A stretch of DNA of 64,000 bases from Parcubacteria group bacterium (GTDB lineage: Bacteria > Patescibacteriota > Minisyncoccia > UBA6257 > JACRHW01). Location: assembly GCA_016217555.1 (NCBI GenBank), contig JACRHW010000023.1:466-64465 (forward strand), written 5' to 3'. The notes beneath the pieces were generated by a model. That model was not told where the DNA came from. It searched no databases and saw nothing but the letters and a program-made list of their open reading frames with translations. Below are positions 28,805-37,541 of the stretch, in pieces. How positions within the stretch are numbered: the stretch's first letter is position 1; each line of letters begins with the position of its first letter. The position numbers were made by a program, and so were the translations under genes.

Positions 28805-29443
28805 TTACGAAGAGGTTAATTCCTCATATGCCTTCATCGGATCCTCATTGCTGGTAATATAAGAGGCGGATATCAAAATATTAGCTCCCGCCTCTTTTAC
28901 CAATTTTGCTGTTTTTCCATTAATTCCCCCATCTACTTCTATTATAACACTCGGAAATTGGTTGCGCAGTGTACGAATTTTTCCTAATGACTCCTCACCA
29001 AACTTCTGCCCAGGAGCCCCAGGAATTACAGTAAGTACCTGGATAAGATTAAGTTCTTCAATATACGGAACAACAGTTTCTGTGCTACACGATGGCTCAA
29101 GCGAAATGCCCACCTCAACCTCCCTCTCTTTGCATTGTTTAATTACCTCTTCGGCATTATCTGTAGCACTTACGTGAAAAAGGATTCTCTCCACGCACGG
29201 CTGTAACCACTCCTTAATATATGATTCAGGATTTTTAATCATAAGGTGTATCTCAAAAAGAGGTGTTTCTCCAAACTCCTTTAACTCTCCTGGCGTATTC
29301 CACAATGGATATGTACTAAATTTCCCATCGGTAACATCAAGATGGTATAACCCTTTATGCTTAGGAAGCGCACTCTTAAAAAAAGCAAGCTGCTCTCTCA
29401 CTTCACCAATATTTTTTGCATTAATTCCTGGAATAACTTGCAT
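28805..29443 (-). CDS. rpe: Ribulose-phosphate 3-epimerase
   Basis: HLDVTDGKF, EIHLM, V.PG..GQ.F, IEVDGGI. Confidence 0.9.
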   Translation of the reverse strand: MQVIPGINAKNIGEVREQLAFFKSALPKHKGLYHLDVTDGKFSTYPLWNTPGELKEFGETPLFEIHLMIKNPESYIKEWLQPCVERILFHVSATDNAEEVIKQCKEREVEVGISLEPSCSTETVVPYIEELNLIQVLTVIPGAPGQKFGEESLGKIRTLRNQFPSVIIEVDGGINGKTAKLVKEAGANILISASYITSNEDPMKAYEELTSS

Positions 29444-29446
29444 ACG

Positions 29447-29530
29447 TGTATTTTGTATCTAGTATTTTGTATCTAGTATGCATCCGCCCAAAAACAAACC
29501 AATACTAAATACAAGATACACAATACTAGC
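29447..29530. repeat. Inverted heptamer tandem-repeat hairpin (TATTTTG/TATCTAG units)
   Basis: GTATTTTGTATCTAGTATTTTGTATCTAGTAT ... AATACTAAATACAAGATACACAATACTA. Confidence 0.7.
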
Positions 29531-29973
29531 TACTTAATATCCAATTTTTCTATTCTTCTCTCGTGTCGCTCTTCGCCTGAAAAAGGAAGAGAAAGCCAAA
29601 GAGTGATCATGCTTATTGCTTCGTCTTCGGTAAGAAAACGGACGCCCAAGGAAAGAACGTTTGCATCATTATGTTCACGAGAAAGCTTTATAATTTCGTG
29701 ATTACCGCCATAGTACACAGTTGCCCGTATACCTGACACTCGATTCGCTACCATCGCTTCACCCTGTCCTGAACCACCAAGGATAATTCCCCTACTTTCT
29801 TTATCCTGTGCAACAGCTTCGGCCACAGGACGAATAAAATCAGGATAATCATCGTCGGGATCCAAAGAAAAAGCACCAAAGTCTTTCACCTCGTGTCCCT
29901 TCTCGAGAAGAAAAGTTTTTATCTTCTCCTTAAGTTCAAACCCAGCATGATCAGTACCCAAATATATCTTCAT
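29530..29973 (-). CDS. rpiB: Ribose-5-phosphate isomerase B (Glu-type, GGSGxGE)
   Basis: GTDHAG, DDYPD, GGSGQGE, REHNDANVL, RHERR. Confidence 0.95.
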   Translation of the reverse strand: MKIYLGTDHAGFELKEKIKTFLLEKGHEVKDFGAFSLDPDDDYPDFIRPVAEAVAQDKESRGIILGGSGQGEAMVANRVSGIRATVYYGGNHEIIKLSREHNDANVLSLGVRFLTEDEAISMITLWLSLPFSGEERHERRIEKLDIK

Positions 29974-30070
29974 AAGATGAACATACTAATATACGAATTA
30001 TACTAATACGTACTAATACCTTTCGTATTCGTAACCATTCGTATCATTTGCATTGATTCGTATATTGGTA
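29971..30070. repeat. ~100-nt intergenic repeat, copy 1 (gap-rpiB spacer)
   Basis: Near-identical to 31086-31195; TACTAA/TACGAA units; terminal inverted repeat. Confidence 0.9.
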
Positions 30071-30074
30071 TTAT

Positions 30075-31088
30075 TTATAGTATTTCTCCTGCCTTCAATA
30101 CATGTTGTACAAGCGTTGAAGCATATCCCCACTCATTGTCGTACCACGAAAGTATCTTTACCAAATCTCCATCGATTACTTTTGTAAATTGCAAATCCAC
30201 AATAGCACCATACGATTCCCCCACGATATCGGACGAAACAAGCTGGTCATTACTTACCTTTAAAATATTCTGCCAACGAGGCTCTGAAGCTGCTTTCGTT
30301 AAAATTACATTCACCTCCTCTACTGTTGTCTTTCTCTTTGCTAAAAAAGTGATATCCGCAAGTGAGCCCGCCACCACAGGAATACGCAATGCGATCCCAT
30401 CAAACTTATTATTAAGTTCTGGGATTGCCCGAGCAACCGCAATCGCTGCTCCTGTTGTAGATGGTGCAATATTCTGCCCCGCAGCGCGGCCACGCCTAAA
30501 GTCTTTACCCTTCGTTGGCCCATCAACAAGGTTTTGTGTTGCTGTATATGCGTGTACCGTGCTTAACACCGCCTTTTCTATCCCTATCGCCTCTGACAAC
30601 ACAGCAATCACAGGAGAAGTAGCATTTGTTGTACACGATCCATTTGAGGTAATAGTACAAGAACTCATGTTGGTATCATTCACCCCCATAAGAATTGTTT
30701 TTCCTCCAGCAGTACCTTCTTCGTCCTTTGCCGGTGCGGTGATCACCACCCGCTTTGCCCCAGCATCCAAATGCACTTTTGCTTTTTCAAATGATTCAAA
30801 TACCCCTGTCGATTCCACCGCAACATCAATACCCATATCCTTCCACGGAAGTTGCATAGGATCTTTAATTTGAAGCACTTTTATTACCACCCCATCTACC
30901 ACCAAATTTCCATCTACCACCTCAACATTTTTATCATAACGACCGTACACTGTATCAAATTTCAAAAGATAGGCGAGATTCTCTACATCCCCAAGATCAT
31001 TAATCGCAATAACATTCGCCTTTCCATGAAGCTGGCGAAACAAAAGCCGCCCAATACGCCCAAAACCATTTATAGCTACATTAATCAT
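30075..31088 (-). CDS. gap: Type I glyceraldehyde-3-phosphate dehydrogenase
   Basis: INGFGRIGR, ESTG, SCTTN, WYDNEWGY. Confidence 0.97.
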   Translation of the reverse strand: MINVAINGFGRIGRLLFRQLHGKANVIAINDLGDVENLAYLLKFDTVYGRYDKNVEVVDGNLVVDGVVIKVLQIKDPMQLPWKDMGIDVAVESTGVFESFEKAKVHLDAGAKRVVITAPAKDEEGTAGGKTILMGVNDTNMSSCTITSNGSCTTNATSPVIAVLSEAIGIEKAVLSTVHAYTATQNLVDGPTKGKDFRRGRAAGQNIAPSTTGAAIAVARAIPELNNKFDGIALRIPVVAGSLADITFLAKRKTTVEEVNVILTKAASEPRWQNILKVSNDQLVSSDIVGESYGAIVDLQFTKVIDGDLVKILSWYDNEWGYASTLVQHVLKAGEIL

Positions 31089-31195
31089 AAGATGAACATA
31101 CTAATATACAAATTATACTAATAATACGAATACGTACTAATACCTTTCGTATTCGTAACCATTCGTATCATTTGCATTGATTCGTATATTGGTAT
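31086..31195. repeat. ~110-nt intergenic repeat, copy 2 (trxB-gap spacer)
   Basis: Matches 29971-30070 apart from a short internal expansion and a substitution. Confidence 0.9.
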
Positions 31196-31202
31196 AGTAT
31201 AC

Positions 31203-32144
31203 TTATTTATTATACATCAAATAATCATATATATTGAGGACTGCCCTTATCGCATCTCCTGCCGCAATATTATTCTGTTTATACTTCAAATTTGTAACAT
31301 CTCCTGCTGCCCAAATTCCCTGCATTGATGTTTTTCCATATACATCAACCTCTATTTCTCCATAAGGAGTCGTAGCTGCCACATCTTTTACAAGTTCAGA
31401 ATTAGGGAGACTTCCAATTTCAATAAAAACACCTTGTACATCAAGATGATGAGTTTCTCTCGTGGTGAGCTTGTCGAATCCATTGGTTGTTGTATCTACA
31501 TAAACAAGTTCGTTTACAAAAGAATCACCAATAATTTCTAAAGTCGTGGCATTAAAAATAACTTCCACTTTTGGATCCTGCATAATGCGTTCCTGCGTTA
31601 CCGCATCACCCTTCAGCGCCCCACTACGTTGCAGAAGATATATCTTTGTCGCATATGGTAACAAGTCTATCACAGCCTCCAAACCCGCATTTCCACCCCC
31701 TACCACAGCAACCACTTTTCCACCAAAGAGGGGCGCATCACAAATACTACAATAGGCAACCCCTTTTCCATCAAACTCTTTTTCTCCTTTCACCCCAAGC
31801 TTTCTTCTTCTTCCTCCAGTCGTGATAAGTACCGTCTTTGTCTCATAGCGTTTTCCACCCTCTGTCATCGCAACAAAAACATCTCCTTCTTTAGATACTG
31901 TCTTTATAAGCTCACCCGTCTCTATCTCAATATCCTCCTGTGCACGTAAATGCGTCTCAAAAGATTGAGCTAAATCATATCCGGAAATAGATGGAGTCCC
32001 TATCCAGTTTTGAATATCCTGAGATACGATTGACTGCCCCCCAAAACTTTCTGCAACCAAAAGTGTTTTAATCTTTTTTCGCGCCGCATACACACCCGCT
32101 GCAGATGCGGCAGGTCCTCCCCCGATAATAATAAGATCGTACAT
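31203..32144 (-). CDS. trxB: Thioredoxin reductase (AhpF C-terminal-like)
   Basis: IIGGGPA, GVAYCSICD, VGGGNAG, GIWAAGD; 8-aa insert NGFDKLTT. Confidence 0.92.
   Translation of the reverse strand: MYDLIIIGGGPAASAAGVYAARKKIKTLLVAESFGGQSIVSQDIQNWIGTPSISGYDLAQSFETHLRAQEDIEIETGELIKTVSKEGDVFVAMTEGGKRYETKTVLITTGGRRRKLGVKGEKEFDGKGVAYCSICDAPLFGGKVVAVVGGGNAGLEAVIDLLPYATKIYLLQRSGALKGDAVTQERIMQDPKVEVIFNATTLEIIGDSFVNELVYVDTTTNGFDKLTTRETHHLDVQGVFIEIGSLPNSELVKDVAATTPYGEIEVDVYGKTSMQGIWAAGDVTNLKYKQNNIAAGDAIRAVLNIYDYLMYNK
31462..31483 (+). repeat. REP-like element inside trxB
   Basis: GTGGTGAGCTTGTCGAATCCAT; the 13-nt core TGAGCTTGTCGAA is identical to that at 32446-32464. Confidence 0.8.
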
Positions 32145-32155
32145 ATTTATTTAGT

Positions 32156-32174
32156 GCCTGAGCCCGTCGAAGGC
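32156..32174 (+). repeat. REP-like element abutting the GIY-YIG stop codon
   Basis: GCCTGAGCCCGTCGAAGGC. Confidence 0.85.
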
Positions 32175-32438
32175 CTACCATTTACCCCATTCACCTTGAA
32201 TAAGTTTTTCTTTCTTTCGTCGCGTCCATCTTTTAATTTGTTTCTCCCTCCTCCTTGCTTCGTCTAAATTATTATATTCCTCGAGGTATACTACTCGTAC
32301 AGGTTTATGTTTTTCTGTATATACCGAACCTATTCTTGATAGGTGCTGCATCCATCTTGTGTCAGGTTGCGAAGTCAATCCAGTATAATAACTCTCATCT
32401 ATACATTCGATGATATAAACATACCATTTCCATTCCAT
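32175..32438 (-). CDS. Small GIY-YIG nuclease (UPF0213/YhbQ-like)
   Basis: WYVYII.C...YYTG.T...R...H...YT...P...Y.E...RE.QIK.W.R.KK. Confidence 0.92.
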   Translation of the reverse strand: MEWKWYVYIIECIDESYYTGLTSQPDTRWMQHLSRIGSVYTEKHKPVRVVYLEEYNNLDEARRREKQIKRWTRRKKEKLIQGEWGKW

Positions 32439-32445
32439 AAGGTAC

Positions 32446-32464
32446 CCCTTCGACAAGCTCAGGG
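32446..32464 (-). repeat. REP-like element 7 nt upstream of the GIY-YIG start
   Basis: CCCTGAGCTTGTCGAAGGG on the minus strand, inverted relative to 32156-32174. Confidence 0.85.
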
Positions 32465-32482
32465 AATATAATTTTATAGTAA

Positions 32483-32710
32483 CTAGATTCTAAGGAGTTC
32501 TCTAAGCTTCCCTTCATTAAATCCAATAACAATTTCTCCGTCGACATCAATAACGGGCACCCCAAGCTGGCCTGATTTATCTACCATAGCCTTCCGCGCC
32601 TCGAGATCTTCGAGAACATTTGTCTCTTTATATTCAACGTTATTCTTTGTAAAAAATTCTTTTGCCTTTTTACAATAAACACATGTGGGTGTTGTATAGA
32701 TAGTTATCAT
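32483..32710 (-). CDS. Glutaredoxin/NrdH-like redoxin
   Basis: YTTPTCVYC, SGQLGVPVI, IGF. Confidence 0.93.
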   Translation of the reverse strand: MITIYTTPTCVYCKKAKEFFTKNNVEYKETNVLEDLEARKAMVDKSGQLGVPVIDVDGEIVIGFNEGKLRELLRI

Positions 32711-32730
32711 AAGATGAACATACTAATATA

Positions 32731-33468
32731 TTATTTTTTTAATGCTGTCTCTATCTCTTTTTGGAGCACAGAGAAGGGAACCGCACCTACCACTAATTTC
32801 CCATTAATAAAGAATGATGGAGTGCCCTGCACACCAGCATCCAAGCCATCCTTCACATCCTTAGCCACCTCATCAGCGTACTTGTGTGTATCAAGGCACG
32901 CATTAAACTGTATCTCTCTCATCCCCAACTCCTTTCCCCACTTTTTGAGATCGGCTACCGTTGCCACGCCATTTTTCTGCTCTCCAAAAATTTTGTCATG
33001 CATTTCCCAAAATTTTCCCTGTTCATGCGCACACTCCCCAGCCTCTGCATACGTTTGCGCCATTTCATGAATGGCAAGTGGAAAATCACGATACACCAAC
33101 TTCACTTTACCCGTATCGATATACCCACTCTTTATCTGAGGAAATGTTTCATTAAAAAACTTGCCACAAAATGGACATTGAAAGTCGCTAAATTCTACGA
33201 TCGTAACGGGAGCATTGGCATCTCCCAATATGGGATCGTCATCGGGTAACTTAACAACATCGATCGGGGCAGTTTGAGTGTTTTGCGCTCCAATTGCCGC
33301 AAGATTATTGTTACCACCCCGCGAGGCTACGCCTGGATTATTGGTTGCATAATATACACCTGAAAATATCACACCCACAGCAAGAATCGAAGAAGCAATC
33401 ACAAATGCCCCATTACCTAAATTGTTATTCTGTCTCCCACCAGACGCAGATGATGTTTCTTCCTCCAT
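32731..33468 (-). CDS. Membrane-anchored DsbA-family oxidoreductase
   Basis: TM anchor; EFSDFQCPFC, RDFPL, GTPSFFING. Confidence 0.93.
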   Translation of the reverse strand: MEEETSSASGGRQNNNLGNGAFVIASSILAVGVIFSGVYYATNNPGVASRGGNNNLAAIGAQNTQTAPIDVVKLPDDDPILGDANAPVTIVEFSDFQCPFCGKFFNETFPQIKSGYIDTGKVKLVYRDFPLAIHEMAQTYAEAGECAHEQGKFWEMHDKIFGEQKNGVATVADLKKWGKELGMREIQFNACLDTHKYADEVAKDVKDGLDAGVQGTPSFFINGKLVVGAVPFSVLQKEIETALKK

Positions 33469-33597
33469 AAAAAAATAAAATTAATTAATAACAGCCAAAA
33501 GAATACCTCAGTATATCAACGAATATATACTGTTGCAAATAATCAAAGGTAGCACGCTCCTGTTGTCCCACAAGCGATAACAGTATACAATACCCGT

Positions 33598-34644
33598 ATG
33601 CCAGAAATACAAGAATATAAAGAAAAATATGATGAATTGAGCAGTAAGGTACTGTCTCTTTCCTCACGCCCCGATTTGGAAGAATTTAAAACAACATCAA
33701 AAGCACTTTCAAAATTAGGAAAACTCATTGCGCTTCTCGAAAAAAGAGAAAGCAAAGAAAAAGAACTTACAGAACTCCAAGCTCTTATCGCAGGAGAAAC
33801 AAACTCTGAATTTCTCGAAATGGCAGAAAAGGAAAAAAGTAGTATTGAAAAAGAAATTGAAACCCTCAATGAGCTTATCGACGTGGAAGAACACGGGAAA
33901 AAAGAAGCCATCAATGCCATTATCATGGAACTACGTGCTGGAGCAGGTGGAGACGAAGCCTCTCTTTTTGCTATGGAATTGATGCGTATGTATCAACGCT
34001 ATGCGGTAAAAAAGAAATGGGATTTCACCATCGTCGACGAACACAACACCGATCTTGGTGGCATCAAAGAAGCTACCGTCGAAATACATGGAGATAATGT
34101 TTACAACGAATTAAAATCAGAATCGGGCGTTCATAGAGTACAACGCACCCCAGACACAGAAAAGGCGGGTAGGATACACACCTCAACCGCATCAGTTGCC
34201 ATACTTCCTGTCACAGAGACATCCACTATCACCATAAACACAAACGACCTTGATATCAGCTTCTTCCGTTCATCAGGGCCTGGAGGTCAAAACGTAAACA
34301 AGGTAGAAACGGCTGTTCGTATTCTTCATAAACCAACTGGTATCGTAGTAAGCTCACAGTCTGAACGTTTTCAGGCAAAAAACAAGGAAAAAGCAATGAA
34401 AATCCTCGAGGTAAAACTGCAAGAACGTAAAAATGAAGAGGATGCCTCAGAACTCTCGAGCGAACGAAAGAAACAAATTGGTTCTCAAGACCGTTCCGAA
34501 AAAATAAGAACATACAACTTTCCTCAAGATAGAATCACCGATCATCGGATTAATCAAAATTGGCATAACATTGAATCCATCATGGAGGGCAACATAGAGC
34601 CCATCATCGAAGCATTTAGAAACCAAACATCTCAATCATCCTAA
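33598..34644 (+). CDS. prfA: Peptide chain release factor 1
   Basis: RAGAGGDEA, ESGVHRVQR, PxT (PDT), GPGGQNVNK, RTYNFPQDR. Confidence 0.93.
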   Translation: MPEIQEYKEKYDELSSKVLSLSSRPDLEEFKTTSKALSKLGKLIALLEKRESKEKELTELQALIAGETNSEFLEMAEKEKSSIEKEIETLNELIDVEEHGKKEAINAIIMELRAGAGGDEASLFAMELMRMYQRYAVKKKWDFTIVDEHNTDLGGIKEATVEIHGDNVYNELKSESGVHRVQRTPDTEKAGRIHTSTASVAILPVTETSTITINTNDLDISFFRSSGPGGQNVNKVETAVRILHKPTGIVVSSQSERFQAKNKEKAMKILEVKLQERKNEEDASELSSERKKQIGSQDRSEKIRTYNFPQDRITDHRINQNWHNIESIMEGNIEPIIEAFRNQTSQSS

Positions 34645-34649
34645 AAAAC

Positions 34650-36134
34650 TTATTCGTCCAAGATATCGATATCTTTTTGGAATGCTTGTGCACGATCGGC
34701 AACACGATACCCATACGATCCCACACGCATATACGATCTCCAGCTATTCCCCGCATAATATTTTGCAGCGGCACAATTCTCCTGTGAAAATTGTGTAGAA
34801 TATGATGACACGCACCCAGAAAGTCCATTCTTTAGATATAATGCCGTCCCCGTAAACGCATCGAGGTTGTTAAAGGGAGAGGGCGGATTTCCTCCGGTGA
34901 TTTTTGCAATCCTATCAGCATAGAGCTTCCACGTACTCGGCATAAACTGTGCAGGCCCCATCGCCCCACCATATAACCCATCAGAGGTAATAGGGCACGA
35001 TACGGGGGTGTTATCTGGATTAAGTTTCAAATCTGCAATAAGTGCTAAAAAAATAGGTTTCTCCTTATCGCTCATTACGGTACCACTTGGATTATTTCTC
35101 GGATCATTATAAACGCAACGCCCTACGTTTTTACCAATGATACCGCTCGCAGAAGATTCTTGGGTAAGCACCGATAGAGTAAGTGCCGCTCGTACCCCCG
35201 TTGCCTTTTCAGCTACTTTTGCAATTTTTACTGCATCACCAAAGGGAAGCTCTCCCCCACCAAGAAGACGGAAAATTCTACTACGAATCTCTGCGGCTTT
35301 TACTTTTGTCTCTTTGAGTATTTTTTGATACTCGGACTCCTTTCCTTTTGTAACCTTCAGAAGTTCATGCTTTGTCTCTTGGGTTTTTTCGATAGTCATC
35401 TTTTGTGTCGCCTGGTACGTTCGGAGAGCTGCAGCATCCTTTCGCTCGAGAGACAATGTTTGTTTTTGATCTACATATTGGTCCTTAAGATCTACGTAAC
35501 GTCCAAGTGCAGCATGTAAATTATTCTGAACAAGAACAAGATTATTTAAGTCACCAAAAAAATCAGATAGCTGAGGATTTTCCAAAACAATTTCAAAAAA
35601 AGACTGCCGCCCCCCCTCATAGATACTTTGCAAGATGTCCCCAAGGGCACGTTTTTCAAAACCTATCTTATCCTCTGTCTGCACAATATCTCCCTCCGTG
35701 TTTCTAATCTCCCTATCAAGGGACTTAATGCTTACAGTAACTGCTTTAATTTGAAGATTAATCTTTGCAATTTGTGTGTTGAGTTGACTAATCTCCGACT
35801 GAAGATTGTTTCCCTGTTTTTTATAACGTTCGATGGCCGCTTCATGCTCCGAAATTTGTTTTTCTAAGTCAACAAGTTGTGCTTCAAGCACAGAACGTTC
35901 CTGCGCATAATTTTGAGAAAATACCGCAGTAGGAGCAACCACGAAATTCCGGAGAGAAAGGATCGCCACAACAACGATAACAAAAAAAGATTTCTCAAGG
36001 ATTCTGCTAAGATACGAAGAAAAAGCCCGTGTCTTAGGCCTCTTTGAAACGATAAAAACCGGTGGATTAACTCCTCCGAGCTTTGTCCTTTTTATATCAA
36101 TAAGTATGGTTGGTTTCTGCGGTTCTTCCAACAT
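34650..36134 (-). CDS. Coiled-coil lytic murein transglycosylase
   Basis: TM, long coiled coil, TQES, GAMGPAQFMPSTW, ALYL, YYAG. Confidence 0.88.
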   Translation of the reverse strand: MLEEPQKPTILIDIKRTKLGGVNPPVFIVSKRPKTRAFSSYLSRILEKSFFVIVVVAILSLRNFVVAPTAVFSQNYAQERSVLEAQLVDLEKQISEHEAAIERYKKQGNNLQSEISQLNTQIAKINLQIKAVTVSIKSLDREIRNTEGDIVQTEDKIGFEKRALGDILQSIYEGGRQSFFEIVLENPQLSDFFGDLNNLVLVQNNLHAALGRYVDLKDQYVDQKQTLSLERKDAAALRTYQATQKMTIEKTQETKHELLKVTKGKESEYQKILKETKVKAAEIRSRIFRLLGGGELPFGDAVKIAKVAEKATGVRAALTLSVLTQESSASGIIGKNVGRCVYNDPRNNPSGTVMSDKEKPIFLALIADLKLNPDNTPVSCPITSDGLYGGAMGPAQFMPSTWKLYADRIAKITGGNPPSPFNNLDAFTGTALYLKNGLSGCVSSYSTQFSQENCAAAKYYAGNSWRSYMRVGSYGYRVADRAQAFQKDIDILDE

Positions 36135-36237
36135 AAAAATACACAACACAACCTTCCGCTACCACAAGGAAGTTATATATAGTATACCAAAAAAATAACC
36201 AATATGCACAAAAACGAAAGAATCAAAATCCACGAAA

Positions 36238-36678
36238 CTATCGCGTAATACTAATCGCCACATTGGATTCTGCATGAGGCGCAGAAACAATAATATGATT
36301 GTTGGGTGTTTTTGAGATGCTATAACCAGTACTGTTTGAAGTAGTAAACAAAGGGTCTTTCGGAAGAATAAGAAGATAGGTGCCGTCTTTAGTGAGAAGA
36401 GAAAGGTCAACGAGGTTGGAACACGACCCCACCGTTGCGCATACCTCAGTAGGAACTTCTGTAATTGCTGGAGGAAAAACGTGGTCGTGATCTATTGCAT
36501 AGCGATACACGGCATTGAGTATCGTCGTTACGTCTGTATCCCGTTTTTCATTACGTGTTGTAGCAGATTGCGATGGAGACTTGAGAATGAATACGATAAC
36601 CACCGCACACACAAAAAGAAAGAAAAAAGTGATGAGAAAAGAATGCAATCTTGATTTTTCTTGAGAAGATGAACCCAT
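36238..36678 (-). CDS. Type IV pilin-like protein with a degenerate class III signal
   Basis: TM then RN..R..DV.TILNA..Y, two Cys, YL..LPKDP, TGY.I, VSAP.AE, ISITR. Confidence 0.7.
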   Translation of the reverse strand: MGSSSQEKSRLHSFLITFFFLFVCAVVIVFILKSPSQSATTRNEKRDTDVTTILNAVYRYAIDHDHVFPPAITEVPTEVCATVGSCSNLVDLSLLTKDGTYLLILPKDPLFTTSNSTGYSISKTPNNHIIVSAPHAESNVAISITR

Positions 36679-36749
36679 ACTACAACAGTGTACCACGGAA
36701 TCAAAAAACACGCCTTGTGTACAAAACGTGTTTCTGGATTCAGGATAGT

Positions 36750-37430
36750 TTACTCCTCTTCCTTTGTTTTCTCCTCTTCTCGTTGTGCCTTCTTCTCCTC
36801 CGTCTCCACCTTCACCGCCTCGACTCCACCAGTGCCTTCCCCCTCCATCTCTTTCATCTCCTCCTCACTCAAAGGTTCAGAGACTGATACAAGTACCATT
36901 TCGGGATCAGTTACTAAAGTTACCCCTTCAGGCAACGCAATATCTTTTGCATGAATCTGACTATCAAATGTTGTAAGAGAGGCGAGGGAGACGGTAATCT
37001 CGTGGGGAAGGTGCTGTGGTAACGCCTCTACCTCAATTTCAGAAGCCACCTTGATGATAATACCGTGGAGTTCCTCCTCAACGGGGGCCACATCGACGAA
37101 TTCAATAGGTACCATCGCCTGAGTTACTTCATCAAGTGCTACCGCGTATAAATCAACGTGCAATATAGTACGTGTAATTGCATCCTCAAGCACATCATGA
37201 ATAAGCACGGGTGTCTTCTCCTCCTTTCCCTCATTATTGGTAACAACAATTTCAACAAGTGTGTTCTCGCCCGCTTCTTTATACATCTTCAAAAAGGCCT
37301 TTCCTTCAAGCGTTAAGTTGGTAGTGGCAATCTTGTTGCCATACAGCACCGCCGGCACAAAACCCGCTCGCCTTAATGTAGCAACTGGTTTCCCCACCAC
37401 CTCTCGTTTTGATGCATTAAGCGTCAACAT
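36750..37430 (-). CDS. rplY: 50S ribosomal protein L25/CTC
   Basis: LRRAGFVPAVLYG, HVDLY, EALP..LP, acidic tail; start at ATG 37430. Confidence 0.93.
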   Translation of the reverse strand: MLTLNASKREVVGKPVATLRRAGFVPAVLYGNKIATTNLTLEGKAFLKMYKEAGENTLVEIVVTNNEGKEEKTPVLIHDVLEDAITRTILHVDLYAVALDEVTQAMVPIEFVDVAPVEEELHGIIIKVASEIEVEALPQHLPHEITVSLASLTTFDSQIHAKDIALPEGVTLVTDPEMVLVSVSEPLSEEEMKEMEGEGTGGVEAVKVETEEKKAQREEEKTKEEE

Positions 37431-37541
37431 ACAATAAGTACTTACCTTGTTAGCTTTTATATAGTGTTTAACTGTAGCAAAATTTATCTCATGCGTCAAA
37501 TTTAAAAAGCGCCCTTAGACGCTTGTGTATATTTATTTTTA

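Noticed and set aside
30136-30873. 245-aa plus-strand ORF
   Set aside because: Antisense shadow of gap; the same applies to the shadows over groEL, dnaK, dnaJ and rpoD.
29971-31195. CRISPR array interpretation of the intergenic and heptamer repeats
   Set aside because: There is no regular repeat-spacer periodicity and no cas genes; the copies are separated by whole genes.
32439-32456. TTG start at 32456 for the GIY-YIG gene
   Set aside because: It lies inside the REP-like palindrome; ATG 32438 directly precedes the conserved WYVYI motif.
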